The translations under genes were made by a program, and so were the position numbers. From Dicyema japonicum (taxonomy: Eukaryota > Animalia > Dicyemida): DNA of 64,000 nt. The notes under the pieces were generated by a model. It worked only from the letters and a program-made list of their open reading frames with translations, was not told the DNA's origin and ran no database searches. Positions 12,950 through 25,760 of this stretch are shown here, piece after piece. How positions within the stretch are numbered: the first letter of the stretch is position 1; every line of letters starts with the position of its first letter. The DNA is taken from NCBI GenBank assembly GCA_011109175.1, contig RDEW01000004.1:458030-522029 (forward strand). The letters run 5' to 3'.

Positions 12950-15040
12950 TAATGACAATAAATATTGCGGGACACTTGTGGTAATTTTTTATTTAATCGT
13001 GTTTTTGTCAAAAATTCTCTGTCGAAACACAAGATTTGCCTTATCCAGGAGCCAAAACTTTCTAAAAGGAGTGTAACCCCATTATTTCCTGGATACATCT
13101 TTATCAGAAAAGACCGACTTGGAAGTGGAGGTGGGCTTGACCTACTCTGATGTGAGCACACGAGTGGACAATATAATTTTACATGACAGGATCGCTAAAC
13201 TAATCTTGATTGACACAGTTAATGGTTCAGGTCACCTCATTTTGATTAACTCATGCATTCCCCCACTTGGATCCTGCCCTAGAAACTTTGTCCCAAAAAT
13301 GATAACTCTGAACTGGGAAATATTTATTATATGGTGACCTCAACGCAAACACTCCCAATGGCTGACTACTCAATAGGCCACATGAGAGGTAACCTAATTA
13401 TTGGCTCCTTCAAAAAATGGTGATTCTAAACCACCATCCACACAAGGACACCACTCAGAAGAGATGATAACCCAACTTCACCAGACCTGTCCATTTTTCT
13501 TAGAAGATGAACCAAACCCTTACTTTATCTGACTTAAGAATATAAAATGTTTGAATCATAGAATCACAATTCTCATCAAAAAAACTACCTTGGAGTACTA
13601 TCCGTAGAATTAAATTAAATATACCCAATGACACAGAATATCGCCATACTCCAAATATTAAGGAAGCTAACCTGTCAAATATTACGCCTCTATAAGTCAT
13701 AGGATGGCATAGTGGTTAGGTGTCGGGCTAAAGTGGCTTAGGCTACGGGTTCGAATCTCGCTGCTGTTCACCTGGTGGAAGGTTCCACGCAGCTACGATG
13801 CAGAAAGGGTTTGACGAGTGACGCCGTCATCAGTGGAGATTCACTGCGGAACTGGATAGTCAAAAGGACATACACACAAAAAATAAAAAAGTGAAGAGCA
13901 TTCTATGGTTCTCCTTCTACGATTAGTTATAATAACTGTTCTTTACTTAAATAAAGTGTGTGTTCTGCACGAGCGAAACCCTAGGCATCTTACGTGCTTA
14001 TGGCAACGCGGTATTGCTAAAAAATAAGTCACAAGGACTTTCGCAGACTCACTCTTGTCGCCTACGTAATTTGGTACCTAAACCATCATGGATCGAACTT
14101 TTTACGCATGCGTAGGTTACACAGGCAGTAAGATGTACGTGTGGTCGAGATGGTATTCCTGGTATTCTGCTAAAGCATATCGGAAAGATTGCAATCAAAT
14201 CGATTACTTCAACTTTTTATTTGTCCTCAAACACGAGCGCTATCCCTAGTACATGGAGGAACTCACAATTCATACCCGTCTTTAAACCAGGGAAACCGAA
14301 AGCCTCACTTTCCGATATCCCCAAAGTGTGCGCTATCCCACCTCATGGAAAAACTCGTACTTTGGAAAATTAAACCTCATTTGCCCTTTTGTCAGATCGG
14401 AACGTTCTATAACGACAAACATAACTTCCTTGACACAATTTATCTCGGAAGGCTTCAACGAACCCAAATGCAGTAGTCTCGTTAGACTTCCAAAAGGCGT
14501 TTGATTCATCCCGAGAATCCTAAAGTCTTCAACACCTCCATTCATCGACTTTAAAACGATGGATAGCCAATTCTCTTACCGGACGAAGAGGACGTGTGTT
14601 CAAGGTCGAGATCTCGTCTCCCCCGAATAGTGTAAATGGGCACTAATTAAATACGAAAGTTTGTATAACACACTTTATAATTTTTGGGAGATCAATTAAT
14701 TTATTAGAAAGGGGTCAATTTGACCATCTTATATCTCCATACGACGTAGGCACACCACAATCTATCGACTTTGGTAAACTGGATGATGTAAAAAATAACC
14801 TCTGTTCCTTTAACAACCTCTCCAAATTGACAGTAAATCACCTTTTGAATGTCCTGAACTAGGACAATATTCGTCTACAATGCCAAGACACGATCTATGG
14901 AAGAGACAGGCATACTTAATAATCGATGGTCTCCTACAAGTTAGTGAGACCAGGGTTACTTAACAAACTATAATATTTTAACTCCCAACAATACCAATTA
15001 GATTGTGGTTAACACGGATAACGAGATTGGTCATTGACGA
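12950..15040 (+). mobile_element. Fragmented APE-type LINE (endonuclease plus RT), interrupted by a SINE
   Basis: IQEPKL..FPGYIFIRKDRLGSGGGL, GDLNA, SPDLS; CGRDGIPG..WRNSQFIPVFKPGK, LDFQKAFDS, WIANSLTGR. Confidence 0.75.
13698..13975 (+). mobile_element. tRNA-derived SINE, family A
   Basis: A box TGGCATAGTGG and B box GGTTCGAATCTC; closely similar to 28746-29064. Confidence 0.85.
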
Positions 15041-15279
15041 CTTGGCTGATTTATTTATTTTCTTTTTTTAATCCAATAGTTTATTTTATTTAAAAATAAA
15101 ATATTATTTATTAACTATGGGGAAGAGCGGCTGCTGACATTACGGAGTAAGCGTTTCCGCGGACAACTACAATCCCAATTATTTACTTGGCTGGATAAAC
15201 TGCGTTACTTCTGAAAGTTCATAAGAATGATGATACAATATTTTATAAATTTGAATAATCACTAATAGATGAGAACTGT

Positions 15280-15930
15280 CATTCTCTTCAGAGCTGCTGT
15301 CACCCAAGTTTCCAAAATGCTGAAAATCCTTGACCAAATATGACTACCAGAATGTTAGACAAGGCTTTGACGGTTGTTTTGCCATGTTGTTTAGGTTGTT
15401 GTAGTGCCTTAGCATTGGTTGAAGGTATTCATGGAGATACAAACTACGGGTGCAAGAGGTCCAGAATTTCTTTTAGGACCCCCTTGAATGCTCGATAATC
15501 TTTATCCCTGGCAATGAGGACTATATCATCACTGTAAAAGAACAGGATGGAGTTTTCGTCAGAAGGTTTTGGCATCTCATGATCACAAAAGAAGAGAGTA
15601 CTTCCAAATTCATCAAGAAACAGTCGAAATGAAAAAATGAATCCAGTTTTTTTTCAATTGCGGGAATCACTACAATGGAGAAGGGGATAGAAACGATCAT
15701 TTTTTGTGCATCTTAGCGTCACCTGAGACAAGTGGAGCACACCACCTCTATTATAATGAGGAATATAAGGAACAGAGGAAAGAAAGAGAAACCTTCAACC
15801 AATTAGCCAATAGAGGGATTGAGGACCATTGTTATAATGCAACATCCACTCCTTAGCATGTTATGCCTGTATAGATTGAAGAGAGCTGCCGAAAGTTGAG
15901 AACCTTGGATAACTCCATGAGACATGAAAC
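15280..15930 (-). mobile_element. LINE RT relic split by a family B insertion
   Basis: GVIQGSQLSAALFNLY at ~15870-15920 and SDDIVLIA at ~15510-15535 flank the insert. Confidence 0.6.
15570..15830 (-). repeat. Family B SINE-like repeat, diverged
   Basis: cttcaaccaattagcc and cacctgagacaagtgg blocks align with the 36190 and 62745 copies. Confidence 0.65.
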
Positions 15931-16170
15931 GTATTTTATTTATTTAAAACCAAGAATCATCGACATATTAAAAAATACGTGTCCGTCAGGTGACCCTGGA
16001 TTTCTTTAGCATCCCCTCATCCTTACACGGTGTTCGTCCCAAGAACCGACGCACTTCTTTTACTACGGGAGACTGCTGGATTTCAGAGATGGCAATCAGG
16101 CTCCCGTTGTCCTCACAAGTTCCTCGAACGGAGTTAGCATTAACCGTGAAGAGAACCTATGTATGTCCTG
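15925..16170 (-). mobile_element. LINE 3' end (GIT* family)
   Basis: Aligns with 29750-29990; TPFEELVR.TGA; A-rich tail. Confidence 0.7.
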
Positions 16171-16276
16171 TAAATTAGACAAAAGTTTATAATAAAATAA
16201 AAATATATGATTTATTTAATTATTAAAATTTAAATTATTATTCATGTGTTGGTAACGTATTAAGTGAGATTATCTG

Positions 16277-17616
16277 ATGAACAAACTAATTATCTCAATT
16301 TACTTTATTGTGTACATTCTATTTTTGGCATGCTACTACAATACGTTGAAGGTCTCTGACTTCAACAGGGAAGAAATAAAATTTATTACAAAAAAGGTTC
16401 TCCATAATAAAATAAATAGATTAAAACCAAATTAAATGTAAATTTAATAATTTTCGATGAAAATTCACAACAATTTGCTGAACAAATAAAATCATCTATA
16501 AATTGTAGTTTTGTTGATCATTTCAGCCAAACAATTCAAAAATATTGAAATTGTATTTTCTCCTAAAATCCTGAAGAAAACTAAATTTGACATAAACTCT
16601 GCGCAAGTCAGAGAAAATGGAGATTCGCTGAACATTGCCTTGGTTCCCTCTAATTCTTATGACGATAATTTTGAACATTTTTCCTATTATATGGGAAAAA
16701 CTAAGTTTGACATGTTCACATTGGGAAACTCAGAATTTGGCGGTATTTTTGGTTAATTTATGGAAGAATATGCCCGCCAAAAATTTCTAAGTGGATTTTA
16801 CAAGCGAATTACCAAAGTATGAGTTTGTTACCACGAAGGCCGTTGAAGGCGATTCTGACTCAACTTCATACTCAAAACTTAACCTCTACCCTTCCTATCA
16901 AATCAGAATCTCCCTAGTATACTCCAATGAGTCACAGATTGGCAATTTGAGTCAAATAACCCGAAAATGTCATTCTCTTGCAGCCAAAAGCCTTTCACAG
17001 AATAATATCGTGTCCAAATTCTTTGAGATTGAACATTTCTTCGATTTTAGGTTCAACCTATCCCTCGGAAAAGGCAATGTCGAAGAAGTTATCAGAAACT
17101 TTGAGATTGCCTCTCGTTTGTCAACGTTTTTCAGTTTTAGCCAATTCTCTGACGGACAAGAAATCCATGGACTTTGTCTTGGTGGTCGTTCCTAAGGAAT
17201 TTCCTCTTATCGGGGGTTTCAGTGATTATTCAGATTTAGAGAACTTTGTGAGCAAAGACTTTGGAGGGATGTATTTTTCGGACTCTGTGGACGACATGGA
17301 GTCAATATTCGACCTGTTTGTCAACAATTTTGTTTATCTGACTGGAATCGACCCCTTTGAGGTGATCTGTGACCTTATTTGATAGGTTGAGGCCCTCCAG
17401 AGGTTGAGGTTGCTCGAAAACTCCCTAACCCGCGTAAAGGAAGACTATGAATTCATTGCTGGCTATTCAGTCATTGAATTCGTCAAATTGAAAGACTCTG
17501 ACTTTATAAGGTTGGCAGAAAATGTCAGAAGGTTGGAAGAAATTGAGTATTTTTCCCAGAATGACTCCTCACTTGTGTTCCAGGCTTATAATTTTTCGAG
17601 TTTGCTGATTTTTTAG
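16277..17616 (+). CDS. PIGS: GPI transamidase subunit PIG-S-like, spliced, divergent
   Basis: N-terminal TM MNKLIISIYFIVYILFLACYYNT; YQIRISL, MDFVLVVVPKEFPL, FVSKDFGGMYF, FVNNFVYLTGI, RLLEN occur in the same order as PIG-S motifs (from memory). Confidence 0.55.
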
Positions 17617-17639
17617 TTTAGATTATTTAGTGTCTGATT

Positions 17640-18290
17640 ATGACTCCTTCAGCTTTGTTACCGCTGGATTTGAGATTCGGTGGGTTTGGGGGTTATTTTA
17701 GATATTTGTTGTTGACTCCATTCTTGACTGCTCCATTCTCCTTTATTAGTACTATTTTCTTTAAGCGGTGATTAGTTTGCCTTTATTTTTATATTTTCTT
17801 GACTGATTACATTCATTGGGTAGGGTGATAGGGTGGTAAATATGGTTGTTCAGATAAGTTCCCTTTGCATCTGTTCTAACATGGACTGGATTGATTGAAC
17901 TAAGGTTTTGAATTTTTGTAATTTCTAGGAACTTGATTATTCATTTAGTTAATAACAACAGTTGGAAAACTATAAATTAATAAGTTTCATGTTTACTCCC
18001 TTCGAGTGGAGAATAGCAGGAGATGACTTCTACCGAGGTTCGCAATTAGATCAGTGGGGTGAACAAGTCTAGGGTGGACGTGGTCGGAGGAATGATGAAT
18101 CGTTTTGTGATCGTCGAGTAGGCAAGAGAGGCAAAGTCTTTTTTATCCTGTAAGCAAGTAAGAGGGGGTTATGTCCACAGAGGTGACTTGTCAGATAGAC
18201 TCGAACTGTGCGAGGTAAGATAGTTCCCCTTCCACCAATAATTCTTTAATCAGAGTGATTAAATTGTTAAATTAAGTAGTTCAGTGAAGC
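17640..18290 (-). mobile_element. Possible LINE ORF1 (gag-like zinc knuckle) relic
   Basis: Broken Cys/His-spaced motifs (CLSCLLDDH, NC..) only. Confidence 0.3.
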
Positions 18291-18299
18291 AGTGAACTA

Positions 18300-19300
18300 T
18301 TACTCAATTTCTCGGTAAATTAGATTTAATGCACTTTTATTATAACACCACTGTTTTATAATTCTTCATGCTCCCCCACAATTGTATTTAGAAGATGTGA
18401 AGAGGTTATATCCATGAGTGTGGATTAGTAAATGGATAATATTTGAGAAGTATGAAGGCTCCTGAACCGGTTCACGTTCAGCACTATTATTGTCGAGAAA
18501 AATGAAAGTATAAGAGGAAGTCACTGTCTTTTCTCAAGAGAGTAACACGTTTAGCTATACTCAGAAGCCATGACTAGTGGTTCTCCCAGCTGGTCTTTGT
18601 GCAATCGTGAGATGCTGCATCAATGGTAGAAAGTGTGACACTTGTTGACCATTTCACAGTCTCTCATGCCAGGATGACCAAAAAGTTGCAAAAACTATTG
18701 AGAAGTGGACGTGTGTTGTTGACTATTTGAATAATCTCCAATGTGTAATATGCCGTCTTTAGTCTCAAATCATAAGATTTCTCTTGGATTATGCTTTCCT
18801 CTATTCCAGTAGTGCGCTAAAAATGAATCTAAGCCTCTTTTTTCGCGAACACCGATTTTGTCAAGCCGAATGAAAGCACGCTTGACTGCTTTAATGGAAT
18901 CTTGAAAGGCATTAGCCGCAGAGTCAGTTATACATTTGAAGACTGCACTAACTTCATTTACCGGGCAAATCGTCCTCGGGATTGAAAGGCTTCGTTAACG
19001 CATTAGAAAGAAGTTGATGGAAGGAAATCTGATTGCTGCTGTTTGGATTGTGTGTATCGATGCTAGCCCAATGAATTGCTCCCTGAGACATTTCTTTTCT
19101 GAAGGAACACCCGCCTGTCTCGACCCTTTTCGAGTGGACGTTTTTTTCTGGTTATCTCCGTGATCATTCTGAATTAGCGGAGAAGTTTATCGATTTAAAC
19201 TAAGACATCTCGTTCTCCAGTCATACGGAGGAAGTGTTCACCAAAGTCTTTGAAAATGGAACATCTTAAAAGCCATCATAAAAAAGTGCCCTTCCCGCAT
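18300..19300 (-). mobile_element. Possible LTR-retrotransposon RNaseH/integrase relic
   Basis: TKDGILHIG and GHPGMR..C fragments; heavily decayed. Confidence 0.4.
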
Positions 19301-19399
19301 ACCGCTTGTATCAAATATTTACCAAATTAACATTTTAAATCATTTTATTTTTAATGGTCAAATTTTTTTTTCATTGGAAGAAATTTTATTATCAAATGA

Positions 19400-19900
19400 A
19401 TAAAAATTAAATTAAGGCATCTGAATGGCCATGCTATTTCCCCTAACAATAGCCAACGAGATACGTTCTCGGAACCAACCAGTCTCTCGCGGATCCTTGG
19501 TCACAGCTTGAATCATGGAGCCGATCTTACGAACCAACTCATCTGCTTGGGGGCCAAGGATTCCTGACGTTTCAAATTAAAAGTCGACTTTTATTATTGA
19601 GGGACGTTCAAGACTGAGTGGCTGTTCCAAAGAACTTCTCTGACAGTTGTTAGGGAGAACAGTCATTCAATTACCACAGTTGGATCACTTGTTTTGCTAC
19701 GTAGTCATCTCAATTGTTTTTTAATTGTTAAGAGAAGCACTCGAGAGAAGGATTGTCGAAATATCAGAAAAGACAACGACTCAGATTTGAACTAAATAAA
19801 AAGAGAACAGAAAAGCAGCAGATAAGTGGCTTTTCCTTGAATTAAAGGGTTCAAAGGCAACTACCACCTAGAAGGTCAGTTTTGGTTTTATATTAAATCG
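19400..19900 (-). mobile_element. 3' end of a CRE-like (REL endonuclease) non-LTR element
   Basis: FETSGILGPQADELVRKIG..TKDPRETGWFRERISLAIVRGNS matches the CRE-type ..RLS.A.QRGNA terminus. Confidence 0.65.
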
Positions 19901-20109
19901 ATAACAGCAAGTACACGTGTAATCAACTTTCTCTAAGATCTTGTAATACTATTAAGACTGACAGATTATTAAGTGTTTATCGATATTTCAATTTAAACAG
20001 ACAATTAAAATATTGTCAATCTTACTCAATGAAGACATGTGAACAAAACAACATGAATAAACTCGAGAATTTAGCTTTGTGGCGGATTAGAAATTATATA
20101 TTTTAAAAT

Positions 20110-20335
20110 TATTTCCAAAGACCAAGGGTAACAAACTAACTAACTCCTCGATCCTGACTCGCTCCAGCATTCCAGAACTTGTCCCCGGGGAAGAATTGTT
20201 AGATCCTCTTGATGCCGGCCAGGCATTCGGCGCCTCCTCAGCAAGGTGAATCCAGTGACGCCATCGGAAGGAAGGAAAATACAACTATCCACGTAGCACC
20301 AATGACAAACTAAACACTTAGAACCACATGGCGCC
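20110..20335 (-). repeat. Family B SINE-like repeat, diverged
   Basis: gatcctcttgatgccggccaggcattcggcgcc.. and ccacatggcgcca align with the 62745 copy. Confidence 0.7.
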
Positions 20336-20446
20336 ACACGAAGTGTTTAAATCTACTTTTTCTATATTAAATATATATTAATTTATCTTTTTTAATTATT
20401 AAAATTCATAATAATAATAAAATAAATCATTACATAATACAAAAGC

Positions 20447-23400
20447 ATGAACGGATCAACAAGATTTCAGCGATTATCGAAAAATATATTCCCCCAAAAT
20501 TACAACCTCTTCCTGTCAGTCGACACAGAAGAAGAATTATTTGTTGGAAAAGTGGAAATTACAGTGAAGGTCTCACAATTTTTATATTTAGATAAATCAA
20601 GTCACCTCCAATATATTTCTGCACTCGGCAGAACTAAAGTTGAAGTCAGCCACGATCGAACAGGGTTAGCTGTTGTGATATTTGTTAGGGGATAACACTT
20701 TCTTCCCCCATATTATAGAAAACCCTGCAATCCAGGGGGTTGAGCTGAAGGCAGAGTCTACCCTGGTTTTGAGAATTAAACAAATTAGACCGAAGGGACT
20801 GCAACGATCAATATTGAGTATGAAAGTCGAATTACAAGCAAATTATTCGGACTCTACAAGACGGAGTACATCTATGAGGGGGAGACTGTTAAATGCGCGG
20901 TCACCGATTTGGAGGTCCTTTGCAGTTTTATTTTCAGCCCGGATATGCCCGATATGTTCTGCCCTGCTTTGACGAGCCCGACTTTAAGGCGGTCTTTTCG
21001 GTTTCCGTGGTTGCCCGAAGAGACCAGACAGTGCTCTCAAATATGGTTTGAATTCGTCTCATTGAAGGAAACCAACTTTTGTGAGCCATGGGGGTCTGAA
21101 AACTTTGTGGTTACCCACTTCCAGCCTTCCCCACTCATGTCCAGTTACCTACTGGCTTTGGTTGTCGGAAAATTCGACTTTGTTGAAGAGGTGGCTGAGA
21201 ACGGTGTCAAAGTCAGAGTCTACACATCACTGGGGAAGACAGAGGAAGGGAAACTAGCCCTCGATGTATCCCCAATGATTCATTCAAGGTGGCAGTCAAG
21301 TCTTTGTCGTTCTACAACAACTTTTTCGACTTGCCATATGTATTGAAAAAGCTGGATTTGATTGCTATTCCTGATTTTGCCACGTGTTTGGGATTGTTCG
21401 TATTTTAGCCGCTATGGAGAATTGGGGACTGATCACGTTCAGGGAGACAGCAGTCTTGGTGAAAGAATCGTCCTCAATGAGTATCAAACAACGAATGGCT
21501 ATTGTGGTGGCCCACGAGTTGGCTCACATGTGGTTTGGGAACCTCGTGACTATGGTTTGTTGGGATCTTATGGGCTCAGGAGTGGTGGACATATCTGTGG
21601 CTGAATGAGGGATTCGCCACGTGGATATCGTATTTGTGTGTTGACTACATTTTCCCTGAATTTGACATTTGGAGCATGTTTCAAATAAAGGAGATCAACA
21701 CAGCCATGGATCTCGATTCCTTGGAAAGCAGTCACCCTATCGAGGTCTCTGTTGGTCCACCGTCGGAAGCGGAAGAAATGTTCGACAAAATCTCCTATGC
21801 GAAGGGATCCTCCGTTATCGGATATCTCTATCAGTTCCTCGGCAACGAGGTTTAAGGATTTATCAGTTTTAGGTGTTTAGAGAAGGAATAAGAATTTATA
21901 TTAAAAGGTTTGTCTACAAAAACACGGTTTCGGCTGATTTATGGAATGCTCTCTCGGAGGCGAGTGGGTATGATGTGGCCGAATTGATGAACTGTTGGAT
22001 TTCCTGTAAGGGATTCCCGTATCTCTCAGTATTATTCATTAACCTACAAATAGGTGTATATTGTGCCTACAGATGATAACGACTGTGTTGAACTATCCAT
22101 TGAACAATTTCCGTGTACACAATCTTCAGGTTTTATTTATTTCATTTTAAATTTATTTCTGGATTAAATTAATTATTTAAATTAATTTTTAATATTAATA
22201 AACAAAGGTAACTCAACTATATGGCAAGTACCTTACAATTTCGTGCAAAAATCAAATCCCAAGAAAGTGAGTGAAAATCTATTAAAGACGAAAAAAACCT
22301 CACTAAAACTGAGAATACAACCAAATGAGTGGATTAAAGTAATAAAGACATATATTTTAGTTTAATGTTGGTAATATGGGATTCTATAGAGTTAACTACA
22401 TTGGGAACTTAAAGGATACAGTAATTGACTTGGTCTCCCAGGTGGACTGTAATGGGCTAAGTGTCCTTAGTATTAGAGACAAGGTTGGACTTCTTGGAGA
22501 CTTTTTATCTCTGGTTTAGTCAATTTTTGTGATTTCAGGCTTGTATTGGGGAAATGTCTTTGGTGGATGGACTAACTCTGTGCTGGAGTCTAAGAAACGA
22601 GGTCGATTACTATGTGTGGTCGGGGATACTGTCAATACTAATGATGGTGGACTCAATTATGCAAAATACTTCCTCATATGAGATATTTGTGCGGTTTGTG
22701 AACATTATGATTGATCTCCCTTACAATTACGTCGGATGGGAGTCCGTTGATGGAGAAGGTACTTCTTCCTTAGATCCCTTAGAGAACTCGACTTCTTTGC
22801 TAAGAACGGCAATCTTTGAAGCTATGGCCAGATTTGGAGGTGACGACTTCAAAGAAGAGTGCAGATCTGCCTTTGACACGTTCATAAATGGTGGACCAGT
22901 CAACGCGGATCTGCAAACTGCCGTGATTAGTTCAGTGATGCTCAACGGGACATGGAAGGACTTATGCTCTCTGTTCGAGTATTACAAGGGATGTGGCCCT
23001 GAGGAGAAATCACGGATTTTGTCGTCCATGGGATTCACTAGGAACCCTGAGCTTATCGATGAGGTCTTCAAATTTGCTTTTTCGGTTTACTTTGGGTTAA
23101 TCGAAGGATTTGGTGAAAGGACAAGACTTGATTTACGTGTTTGTTGGTTTGACTTGCCTGAAATGCAACTCTGTTATCGTTTGGGAGTATTTCAAGACCC
23201 AGAATAAGCAGATTATGGACAAACTGAGCAACCCCCTGCTCATTTCCAAAGTTATACCAGTTATATGTGTAATTATAATGTAGTACGTGACATCACTGTT
23301 TATTACCGATGAGGAGATTGCCAGTATGAAAGTTGATTGATTAGTGATTTGTAGACTTTCTTTAGAAATTATGACTTGAAATGTGCTGAACGGTGTGTTA

Positions 23401-23489
23401 GCCAGTGTATTGAGAGGGCTGAGATGAGAAACTCCTTGTTTGAGAAGAATGCTTCACAAATAAGCGATTTTCTATCTAGTTTGAATTAA
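20447..23489 (+). CDS. NPEPPS: Puromycin-sensitive aminopeptidase (M1 family), spliced
   Basis: [24 protein letters not shown] region, (S)[52 protein letters not shown]1-like C-terminus ending LSSLN*. Confidence 0.95.
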
Positions 23490-24899
23490 TAGTAATTTCT
23501 ATCTGATTTTGGATTTTTTGTTTTTTTATTTGGTTTTATTTTATTTGTTATTCGTAATTTTAATAGTGTCATAATTGCTGGGCTTATACTTCCTGGACCA
23601 TCGTGAATTATCAAAATAATTTCCCCTTGAGAGGAGCCGCGTAGTTTGCCTGCTGCCCTTTAACTCACCCTTAAAATAGGCTTGAAATGGGATTTAAAAA
23701 TTACACATTTTGACAACTACGATGACGTATTATGTTTGTTAAAGCACGATAATTAGCATTTAATGAACACTAAAATATCACAAGTCTAAGTTTCACTGTC
23801 ACAGAATCAAGCAAATCCGAGTCCCTTAAAAGATTTATAATTTAAATCCTCATTCCTCAGGACAAACCCGAGTTTTGTGCCATGAGATTTGAACAAAGAA
23901 CATATCAGAAGCTTCTCCCACGTCCAAGTTAAAATCCCCACGAACCCAACATTTTGAATCAAGTTCGAATGATTGAGGTAAACAAGAAAAAAACTATTCC
24001 CTGTGATTATATTTTTGGTCAAAATGATTGAGACTTGCTATGTTAAAAAGTCTAGAAAAGCCATTTTATTTTGTAATTTTATAAATTAATGAATGAGTTG
24101 TTAGTTATTAGTGAACATTCAACATTTGTTGCACGTTTTTCGACAGAATTCGTTTATGTAAGACGAAAAATTAATATTATCACAAAGATTTATCAACTGT
24201 TCGCAGTCGGTGGCTTTGTCTACACAGCAAAGATTACACGAACGTTTGCACAACTCTCTAGTGGACTTTCCAAGCTGATTCAGTCTATCGCAATATCCCT
24301 GCTGTGCTCTATCAGTGCAATTTCTAGCAATATCGACACATGCTTGGAGAAAAAATTAACACATACCATCAGACACGAATTCTTGTGCAGTAAGAATAAT
24401 AATTGAGGTCACAATGATTAACATTTACGACTAATGCGCACCCCAACCTTTATATAGTGCACTCTCACTAATTGAAAATTCCCCTTTACTACGCAAACCA
24501 TTAATTATTACAAATTAAAGTTTCGATTTACTCACAGGGGTATCCATTTAGGATTACAAACTCTTCTTGGCTGATTCACATTCTTCTGTTGCTGTTTCTT
24601 TATATACGCAAGGCTGTAGAGATATCTGAGTTCCCTACCCGGGTTGATAAGGGTATCGACATTCCTCTGCTTAACTGATAAAAAGTTTACGAGATATATT
24701 GGACACACTCCCCGCCTCCCTACGCCATAAAGTGTTTAGTTTTGTCAAAGTCAGCTTAACAGAATTAAGCTATCATTGAGGCTTCACATAAATGTTAATT
24801 GACGAACCGATATTCGGGGACAGATGCACGTGCATACACTTATTGGGAAAACCTCTGACCCCCATAAAGTACTTTTAATATCATGATCTTTACATTTAA

Positions 24900-25440
24900 A
24901 GACTGACTCATCGGCAACGTGTAACCTACGATGTGATGCTGTTGATATCAGACTTGTGTTTTACATCAGCGATTAAGGATTTCGATTTAGCTGTCGTAAT
25001 CGTATAGGGAAGTTGCATTATTTTATAAATTATCCATGAGTGTAAGGTAGGCCACATCCCACAGTTTGATTGAGAGATTGGAAGTGCAAGGATGGAGATT
25101 GTCGAGAACGCGGCGTGGTTCCGCGAACGTATTGGAATTCGCATCGTTCGCAGCAATCCCCACCTTCTCTTGGTAGCTTTTGCCTGATTTACTTTTTTTC
25201 CTGTTTTCTAGTAACAATATTTGATTGACAGGTTCACTGATTTCTCTCTTGTTAAATCCATCACAATTATGTGTAATGGAAGATATAAAGTTAACAAAGG
25301 ATGATGGTGGGTACATGTCCTTTTGACTGAGGTAGCCAAATAAACGATACGTGCAAACTTTCTTACCGGGTAAGTGCCAGACAAAATTCAAATGCTTCAT
25401 GGTTAGAATTTGCTGCTGTCCATCAGCTGACTGCCCTCCG
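24900..25440 (-). mobile_element. CR1/L2-like RT relic
   Basis: Decayed RT domain 0-2 pattern in ORF 25023-25400. Confidence 0.45.
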
Positions 25441-25499
25441 AAACTGGACTATTATTATTACCCCAGGATCACTGGGTCAAAGAGAAAGAAATAAAAGTT

Positions 25500-25760
25500 C
25501 TCATCTAACTAAGTGATCCCAGACCGACAAAGGTGAGGACGAGTCCGGCGGGGTCGAGAATCCTGAACAGCTCTTCTCATTGGACATGGCATCGGCTCAA
25601 AATTTCTGTATGATTGTAGATAATTCGATAGTATTTGGAATAGAGGGCAGCTCGGTAGAACAGCCTCCTTTAATAGTTTCCGTTGTAGTTCCGAAACAGA
25701 ATTGTCTACTGGGACTCGCACGCTAACAAAAAATTAAGAGCATTTATTATTCCTTGGCAG
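25500..25760 (-). mobile_element. LINE 3' end (GIT* family)
   Basis: ORF 25509-25721 ends RSGIT*, the same terminus as at ~4660, ~29810 and ~62480. Confidence 0.55.

Noticed and set aside
13702-13775. tRNA gene
   Set aside because: A and B boxes are present but there is no proper cloverleaf or acceptor stem, and it continues into a repeated body and LINE-type tail, so it is a SINE head
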